DNA of 64,000 nt. It comes from Deltaproteobacteria bacterium (lineage in GTDB: Bacteria; Myxococcota_A; Polyangia; Polyangiales; Houyiibacteriaceae). The stretch lies in NCBI GenBank assembly GCA_019313915.1, contig JAFDAJ010000003.1:13369-77368 (forward strand), given 5' to 3'. Made by a program: the position numbers and the translations under genes. Positions 59,801 through 64,000 of the stretch are shown in pieces; position 1 is the stretch's first letter, and the number at the start of each line of letters is the position of its first letter. The notes under the pieces were generated by a model that was given only the letters and a program-made list of their open reading frames with translations, did no database searches and had not been told where the DNA came from.

Positions 59801-60943
59801 CTCGAACGCCACCTCCGGCTGCCTCAAACGCTCTTCGAACACGCGGCCGATCTTGCCGAGAAGCTCGACCTTCGACCCGTCGTCCGCAGCATGCGCAAAT
59901 CGCACCTCGAGGACCGAAACCAGCTTGCGCGCGTCGTGCGCCTCTTCGTAAATCGGCGTCAGCGCCTCGGCAGCCTGCACGTTGTCGGGATCAGCGCCGA
60001 GGATTTTCTCGTACACACGGGCCGCCCGGTCGGGCTTGCCCTTCTTGTCCTCCCAAAGTCGCGCGGCCCTGAATAGCAGCGGAATGCGTTCGTCAGGCCC
60101 GGTCTCCTGCGCTTCGGCCTGGCGCTCGACGATTCGAATCAACTCGTCCCACTTTTCATTGGCAGCGTAAAACGTCTCGAGCTCGTCCCAAGCGCCGAGC
60201 GAAACGTAGCGGCGCTTGAGTTGTTCCTGCGCCCGGCGATCGGATGGATCCAGCTCGAGTAACTTCTTGAAGGCCCCGATGGCCCCTTCGTCGTTGCCAA
60301 TTTTGTCGGCGTAAATCATGCCGAGCTTCTGAAGCTGCTGCTTCATCGACGTGACGTCTGTATCGCTCGCGACGAGCGTCTCCAAGACCTCTGCAAGCGG
60401 CTCCCACTCGCGTGCGCGCTCATAGAGTTGCGCGAGGTTTTCGAGCGCGTTCGGATTCTCCGAATCACCCTGGAGAACTTTCTGCCAAAGCTCGATGCAC
60501 ACATCCGGCTTGCGCAGGCGTTGCGTGGCGAGCTCGGCCATTTCGCTGTAGCGAATCAACCGATCGTCTTCGGGAAGAAGGTCGACCTCGCGCTGCATCG
60601 TGCGAATGAGTTTCTCCCAATCGCGGCGCTTCTCGTACATCTGCTTGAGGCGTTCGATCGCGTCGACATCCCCCGCGTCGTGCTCGAGCAGGTGCTCGAA
60701 GCACTTGATCGCCTCGGCCTGGTTGCTCGATCGCTCCAGATAGAGGGTCCCGGCCTGACGGAACAGTTCCACCTTCTGCGCCGGCGACTGAAGCAACTCA
60801 GCCTTCTTCATGATGGAACGGATCATGTCCGACCATCGCTTCTGCTGCTCGAACTTCGCGATAGCGTCGTCGAGCTTTTCGAGCTCGGCGAGCTCGCCCG
60901 CCGTCAGCTCACGAACCTCATCCCCCGATTGTTCTTCCGACAT
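50891..60943 (-). CDS. giant (3350-aa) TPR-repeat protein with a non-TPR C-terminal domain; AgmK/GltI-like by architecture and context
   Basis: A single uninterrupted 10-kb ORF. About 3000 aa show a recurring ~70-80-aa double-helical-hairpin unit (..A(I/V)..Y..(V/I)L..DP.N..AL..L..LY....(R/E)W..L..). The last 275 aa have no such periodicity. No signal peptide or TM helix. Confidence 0.85.
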   Translation of the reverse strand: MSEEQSGDEVRELTAGELAELEKLDDAIAKFEQQKRWSDMIRSIMKKAELLQSPAQKVELFRQAGTLYLERSSNQAEAIKCFEHLLEHDAGDVDAIERLKQMYEKRRDWEKLIRTMQREVDLLPEDDRLIRYSEMAELATQRLRKPDVCIELWQKVLQGDSENPNALENLAQLYERAREWEPLAEVLETLVASDTDVTSMKQQLQKLGMIYADKIGNDEGAIGAFKKLLELDPSDRRAQEQLKRRYVSLGAWDELETFYAANEKWDELIRIVERQAEAQETGPDERIPLLFRAARLWEDKKGKPDRAARVYEKILGADPDNVQAAEALTPIYEEAHDARKLVSVLEVRFAHAADDGSKVELLGKIGRVFEERLRQPEVAFERYLEAFSLAPTHDEARADVERLAEEMNGWDRLVSGFESAIAAVADPHQAVPIRLSYGQTLAQLDRIDDAIDQFRLVYELESDNLAAISALGDLYSRTERFRELLDVYARRIELEQDPEVRLEIAYRRAQLFAEALNDTDKAIEAFEGIIDEYGVEQVDACRDLEQLYENESRWQELGQLLERRIEANPESHEELAALKFRLGRVCESQLQDKSRAVDLYREVLSLIAEHDGAKAQLEQLLDDDEVAAEASQVLEPLYEMSEDWGPYVNALRVQHRFSREPRQKLQLLTRVADTYFQQIGDTERGFVSLCEAFREMPSDPGTLQRLEMLANEHELFEAVAELTGDLAANVEDVSLSRSLWIKTAQIHEAQLQNVEAAVSAYRKVLEVDAGDFEVLGALDALYRGAQRWHELVGVLRACVEAHADPDDKIGVLAEMARTHSDLLDEADQAIALQNEILELDPTHLGALGALDDLLARQGLWSDLVDNVERQLSMHDDPHEQTLLLLRLAEIREERMGSTDAAVEIYRDVLANDASNPAALGALERLLESPEHQAAVADILEPIYKDGGASARLVDVFEIQAHHATSPERRLALFNEIAKLQEFSLSDLQGAFESYARAFGEDPGHPKSKEELERISAAVGASDALAGVYEKTVASLDDPQLAIALLLRAAEIREEDLGQLDRAVEHYQKVLEIDEEHHHSADALERLFQQAERYEDLAGIYRRKARMVPSPTDQRDQLVKAAAIYEDILDKPSDAIAVHQQVLEIDPGDLESLDRLIELQTQLGKWSSLLETYERKAEVVADPDARKELFTAMGRVYEAQLDDSDKAIDVYQRVLEIDPDDLAALGHLDGLFETTAQWRDLLQVLERQSELVAEEDARTELRFRIGELWRRHLEDPTQAIEIYRDILGEAPSHPQTLDALTTMTNDAVEPLAAAEALEQVYLAAGEYRKLTDVREVQIRFTEDSTERVEMLQQLAEIYEIQLEDPPAAFGAFVRALPLDTHNELTLSSLERLAEQTGSWHEAASRYDAEVLRMREESPEDVVHLSKRSAVINEVQLDDVDAAISRYQFVVDVDSADVSAIEALDRLYEQTERWDDLAATLQMEAAVATTPEDVLNLQFRTGQVFQNQLGNMDSAIAQYREILAAAPEFSPAVSALEDLFSSGVRPLEIGEVLEPLYRMQGNWGQLLSVQEVQVEHQSDPIERVVMMHRLAEIAEDKADDHGRAFQWMQKALLEDPSHDHSLGEAERLSAIVDGWTQLATTYANGIQHTGDPLSKAELGRRLAKVYEEQLHDLERAEETYRFVLGVDDHDEDALKALDRIYTEHGAHRALAQVLRKRIEGSNNGSELIDLHYRLGVVLEQRLGCTEDAVEVFTKLLDDHDSEHAETIQALQGIYANLERWPELFASFEKELSIALGDSQQADVFARMAKLSSNRLRDPEKAIGLWQRVLDLRGEDPEALNALGDIYASQGNWRDLVDVLEREAAIADDDTFCIQVYSDLARVWYEKLERERNAIENWERVLDIDPGNTYALFSIAEIHRAGGQSRERADTLHRIIDVGAATLEDADLVTVYMQLGHIYGSELQQPGEAVEAYRNVLTVDPAFFEALDSLELIHRDENAWEDAIDVMEQRAQALVDPQEKIRQLVSVTELWESEVGNKDGAAAAFGRILDVDPMHEYAFSELQALHKEAERWDELIDLYVTRIESTDDRDERIELLRAAARVYEEQLGDGEQAYHTLYIAWTEDFGNKNTAVDLERVTAAHDKWNELLTSANQVLQEGHEPETQIAICLCCAKWYGQDLGHPEYAIPYYEQIRALDPGNAKAWWQLGDLYETTQQWDKLAQALAKLVELSSDDEVKADTYVRMGDLADDRFAMRQEAEDYYRRALHLQAKHVGALQALERIYREDGRSNKLLNILERKAEAVEDTDSVVSALLQVAEAYEERFNDPKAAVENYEKAAALAPSDLSALRGLERLYAQDGRYQDLIGILEREYEIVATERERIEILTRLAQMWEQEFHKPENAAERLEQVLDIDPLHDEALCQLEQLYRTMQRWDDLVRTYDRHANATSDNEERARIFRELGQLYAAHKDDVEQAIDSYLNALNLNEQDVFSLQALTKLYERKGDYSAALDMMGQLAVVLDDPADQVALKHRMGRILDRELGDRVSALEQFQAAIDLDAAHLPSLEAMRSIHVDSGDWVAAARILGLEIEHTENDRIRGARLVELGRIRAERLDDEAGSVQAFEAASAADPDNEEALLPLVDSYVAHDRHADAFPLLQLLVQRSDKRDSDEQHRLASMLGETATKLGHAAAAVSAYERAYELDNDDSHTLKGLAGSYFRAEQWDDAFKYHQLLLVQHRDALGRDEITEVFYRLGVVKREQGEDKKARNMFDKSLEEDTHFVPALEAMVALQTAEGDWDSVVQYKKRILDVADEPSVRAALLVELGDLWHEKLKDSDAAAEAFTESLDLEPDNHVVLHKLLVAYQAAERWSEAIDIIERVCGLEERDAAKAKYTYTIGVVLRDKLEDEDAALERFNEALDLDSTQLKPFEAVNKLLNERKDWKALERAYRKMLHRIINQGNTDLEHNLWHTLGIIYRDRQRNFDAAAESFQMAAGLKPDNAVEHEILAELYATMPDKTEEAIAEHQWLLAADPNRLDSYRALYKLYFDARAYDKAWCIARTLTYFQKADEEQQKFYQQYRQDREIQPKTRLSNENWVKDLMHSDQDIYISKIMEVIAPAVRASQALTDRKLNLHKRKPEDLANPSLALARQFKLAQDVLNVSIPVRLFIQKELSGALRDESRSNPPAIITGYTLLSGYRPVDLAFVCGRHLTYYRGEHFIRTMYSSHTELRTLLLAAMRVVGMGGGDASVESTAKQLAKHMDQARLDVLKQVVRKFVDAGGRADIKRWMQATEVTALRAGLLLCDDVDTAVRMTQQIASESTADLAPRDKVREIVIYSISESYFRLREQLGIQIKV

Positions 60944-60958
60944 CTTGCCTCAGCCCCC

Positions 60959-61828
60959 CTACGGCGATTCGGTTCTCAATTCTGCGAGACGGTCTCGCGC
61001 AGCCTTCACGTAATGCTCGGGCGCATCCGTGCCCGCCATCATCACGTACTTGTCGAGGTAGCGTTTGGCTTCCTCGTCGTTGCCCTGAAGGGCATACGTC
61101 CAACCGAGCGAAAACAACGCGTCGCTCATGCCCGGCACGATGCCAAGCGCAGCCTGAAACTCGGCAATGGCCTCGTCGTACTTGCGCTGCTGCTGGTACA
61201 CGGTGCCCACGAGGTGATGAATGTTCGCCTCCTCTTCAGTCCCGGGCATAGCGACCTTGAGCCCCTCGTTCAGCACCTGCGCGGCCTGATCCGGATAGCG
61301 CAGGTCTGCGTACAGGCGCCCGAGCGCCGAGTAGGACGGCAAGAACCGCGGACCGGTCTTGATCGCATCGGTGTACTGGTGAAGCGCGTTCTGCGGATCT
61401 TCGAGCTCCTCGCTGCAACGACCCAACTTGAAGTGCGCCTTGAACAACGACGGATCGAGCTCGAGCGCCTTGGTGAACGCCGTCTGTGCGCCCTTCCAGT
61501 CTTCGAGCTCTATCAGCACGGTTCCGAGCTTCTCGTGGTAGCCCGCCATGTCGGGGCTCGCGACGATCGCTCGTTCGAGCGCCTCACGCGCAGCCGAGAA
61601 CGACCTCAGCTCGACCTGAACGATGGCGAGGTTGAAGTACGCCTGATGATTGGTGGGATCGATCGCGCCGGCCTTCTCCAGGCTCTGGGCGGCTTCGTTG
61701 AAGCGCTTCATCTGCGCGAGCTCGACCCCGGCATTCATCTCGTTCATCGACTCCACGCGGGCGCGTGAACAATTACCGCCCATGAGGATTAGCCCCACCA
61801 ATACAACCCCGAACATGTGAGCACGCAT
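60959..61828 (-). CDS. TPR-repeat protein with an N-terminal signal/anchor (envelope)
   Basis: MRAHMFGVVLVGLILMGGNCS is a hydrophobic N-terminus with a non-canonical lipobox, followed by ~6 TPR units. Its stop is 15 nt upstream of the giant TPR gene. Confidence 0.75.
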   Translation of the reverse strand: MRAHMFGVVLVGLILMGGNCSRARVESMNEMNAGVELAQMKRFNEAAQSLEKAGAIDPTNHQAYFNLAIVQVELRSFSAAREALERAIVASPDMAGYHEKLGTVLIELEDWKGAQTAFTKALELDPSLFKAHFKLGRCSEELEDPQNALHQYTDAIKTGPRFLPSYSALGRLYADLRYPDQAAQVLNEGLKVAMPGTEEEANIHHLVGTVYQQQRKYDEAIAEFQAALGIVPGMSDALFSLGWTYALQGNDEEAKRYLDKYVMMAGTDAPEHYVKAARDRLAELRTESP

Positions 61829-62036
61829 GCTTGCCTCCTACGCTTGGAAATTCACAAGCACTTCAATCCTACAGCATTTGTCGCACAGCCAACAATAGTA
61901 AACAGAGCTCTTTTTTCAGCTGTTTCACCCTTTTTGGCCAGTTTCAGACCACCGCGTCTGCCCTGAACGTGGGAACAGGCCCTGGAAAGCAGGGATATCA
62001 GAGGGAAATCTCGCTTTTCGGTTCGCGACCCGGAGG

Positions 62037-64000
62037 TCACTGGCCCGCTGCGTCGAGCAGGAACGGATAGTTTACAACCACCACGCCACCACCGTCGGGC
62101 GCCGGGAAGGTCCACCGTCGAACCGCTCTCACGATGCAGCTTTCGACCGCCTCGTTTCGCAGGCTGGAGCTCCCGACCATGGCCGACTGCACCGAGCCCG
62201 TGGGCGAAATGACGAACTTCGTCGTAACCCGGCCTTGTAGGTCGGGCCGCGCGTTGAGCTGCTGCTCGTAGCAGAACTTCACCTCGTTGATGTGGCGTCG
62301 CACCACGCGCCGGATGACTTCCTTCGACAGGGAGCCCCGAACTTCCGCGCCGCCGCTGCGAACCTGTGGCACGCCTCCGGCGCGGCCGCGGAATCCGCCG
62401 GCCCCACGACCGTAGCCGCCCTCGCCTGCGCCTCGGCCGCCACCGCGACCAATCGTTCCGAAGTTACCCATGCCAATCGTGCCCTGCCCGAGACCGCCGC
62501 CACCGCGACCGGTACCGCGCAGCCCGAGACCGCCAAAGCCGAAATTCTGACCGATGTCGTTCCCCGCCATTGCGCCGAGCGCGCTGGTCGGATCATTGCC
62601 AAGCGCGAAGTCCGCGCCGTAAGGCGACGTGGGCGCATTGAACGAACCCATCATCGATTTGAGTGTGCCGATGACGCCCGCGGTTTTCGCCTGATCTTCG
62701 GCTTGCTCGCGTGCCATGACCGGGTCGGGGTTGTCTTCCGGACCCTGGATGCCGTACTTGTTCTTGTTCTTCTCGGACTTCTCGTCACCCATCTGACCTT
62801 GTTCGCCCTCGTGAGCCTTGCCCGTGCCACCGCCCGACGAATCGTCGCCGTTGAGCCACTCCGGTTCCGGCTCTTCGAGCTCTTCGGGCTCCATGAGGAA
62901 CTGGATCAGGCGCGAGTCGGTGCTCAGCAAGTCTGACGAGAGCCCCCGCGGACGCGGCGGCTGGAAGTAGAACATCGTCAGCACGAGGCTCGCGAAAAGC
63001 GCCGCTCCGGCAACGTAGATCATCGGTCGGACGTCGATCTTCGAGTGGGACGATGAAGGTGAAGTCGCGGTGCTTCATGCGAACCGAGCCGCCTTCAGGC
63101 ACCGGGAACTCCATTGCGCCCTGGACCGTCGAGCTCGGCTGGAAATCGCCTTGACCGCGCATCAGGTCGAACGACCGCGTCTGATCGCCGATCGTTGCTT
63201 CGCCCGTTGCGCCCTCAGGAATAATTGCCGCAACGCCCGCGCCTTGCGCGACGCACAGCGGCATTCGATCGACGCCGATCGCATCATGGCCGAGCACGAA
63301 GTCGACGTCTTCGCCGTTGGGCTCGCCCACATAGTAATCGCGAGGCGGAGTCAGGTAGTCGACGTTGAGAACATTTCGATCGCCCCAGATGACCGACACC
63401 TCTATCGCGCGCTCGTTGGTCTCGATCTCGTGGGATGGAAGCGCTGCGGTTGTCGCCACGATGCCATACTCTGGCCCTTCCTCTGGCGCGCCATGTGCGA
63501 ACGGCGTGCGCGACTTGCGCTTGGCGCCAGCGTCGAACGGATTGAACTTTGGCCCCGACTCGTCTTCCTTCGCAGTAACCTTGGGCACGGCTTTGGCCCG
63601 TGGCTCCGACTGTTCGTCGAGCATCGCGGCCATAGCGCGTTCGTCCACGACGGGAGTCGCACGCCCGGCGCCCACGGCCATCGCGACTGGCGGACTCGAG
63701 GCTACCGCCACCGTCCCGGTGATGATGTCGAGGTGCAACCGCTTGTTGCCGATCTGCACCTGGTCCCCGGTCTGCAACTTCCGCTTGTTGATCTTCTCGC
63801 CATTGACGAGCGTGCCCGACGCAGAACCGAGGTCGATGATGAACACCTCTCCCGGTGCAGTCACCTCGATTACCGCATGCATGCGGCTGACCTTCTCGTC
63901 ATCGAGGCGAATGTCGCTCGTCTGCAGACGACCGATCTTGATGATCTCTTGGCTCAGCGTTTCGGTGCTCAGCAACGCGTCCCCGTCATAGACAGAAAAC
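62037..64000 (-). pseudogene. FHA / TM / Gly-rich / TonB-C-like (AgmX/PglI-type; GltG-like) protein, 5' end outside the window, frame broken by a 1-nt shift near 63047-63049
   Basis: The frame from the window edge has an FHA domain (IIKIGRLQTSDIRLDDEKVSRMHAVIE..FIIDLGSASGTLVNGEKI) up to ..KHRDFTFIV, then Arg-rich nonsense. The +1 frame continues HSKIDVRPMIYVAGAALFASLVLTMFYF (TM), an acidic region, a G/R-rich region, and GSLSKEVIRRVVRRHINEVKFCYEQQL..VNYPFLL (TonB-C-like AgmX/PglI tail). Confidence 0.75.

Noticed and set aside
62380-62560. The G/R-rich tract (GGLGLRGTGRGGGGLGQGTIGMGNFGTIGRGGGRGAGEGGYGRGAGGFRGRAGG) as a DNA-level tandem repeat or mobile sequence.
   Set aside because: It is in frame within the TonB-C-like protein and lies between the acidic linker and the C-terminal domain. 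It behaves as a low-complexity periplasmic spacer, and no exact nucleotide repeat unit is discernible.

Overview
This is a 64-kb, high-G+C bacterial chromosomal segment (about two-thirds G+C by eye, not computed), densely coding on both strands. Several features point to Myxococcota: an MglA-type GTPase, an FHA/TM/TonB-C protein of the AgmX/PglI type next to a 3350-aa TPR giant, a MYXO-CTERM-like sorting tail, a DUF4388-like plus J-domain protein, and a sigma54 activator with a pilin locus. I recognised no rRNA, tRNA, CRISPR array, transposase or integrase. Gene order, left to right: OYE-family flavin oxidoreductase (cut by the window edge) with a MarR-like regulator; a PilR-type activator followed by four pilin-like genes and a consensus -24/-12 promoter; J-domain and TPR/HTH proteins; a cobA-hemD fusion; the N-degron module clpS-clpA-aat; an MscS-family channel; a minus-strand four-gene block headed by a DHCR24 (delta24-sterol reductase)-like flavoprotein; a rhodanese-ThiF/MoeB fusion; an ECF sigma factor; nnr; a thioesterase; ppk2; a minus-strand block rpmB-rluA-like-lipoproteins-prkA-DUF3604; a multi-repeat secreted protein; DUF547; a lower-G+C islet with an HNH endonuclease; a FAD oxidoreductase; a GC-rich intergenic repeat; an MBL hydrolase coupled to an MglA-like GTPase; recG, greA, carB and tsaE; then the giant TPR protein, a small TPR protein and the FHA/TonB-C gene, which together look like part of a Glt-type gliding-motility envelope complex. 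Three otherwise well-conserved genes are interrupted: the PilA-like pilin (frameshift), nnr (in-frame TGA) and the GltG/PglI-like gene (frameshift). Two of these three are motility genes. Most long antisense ORFs in the track are shadow ORFs typical of high-G+C DNA. All family assignments come from motif recognition by eye. No database search was possible.
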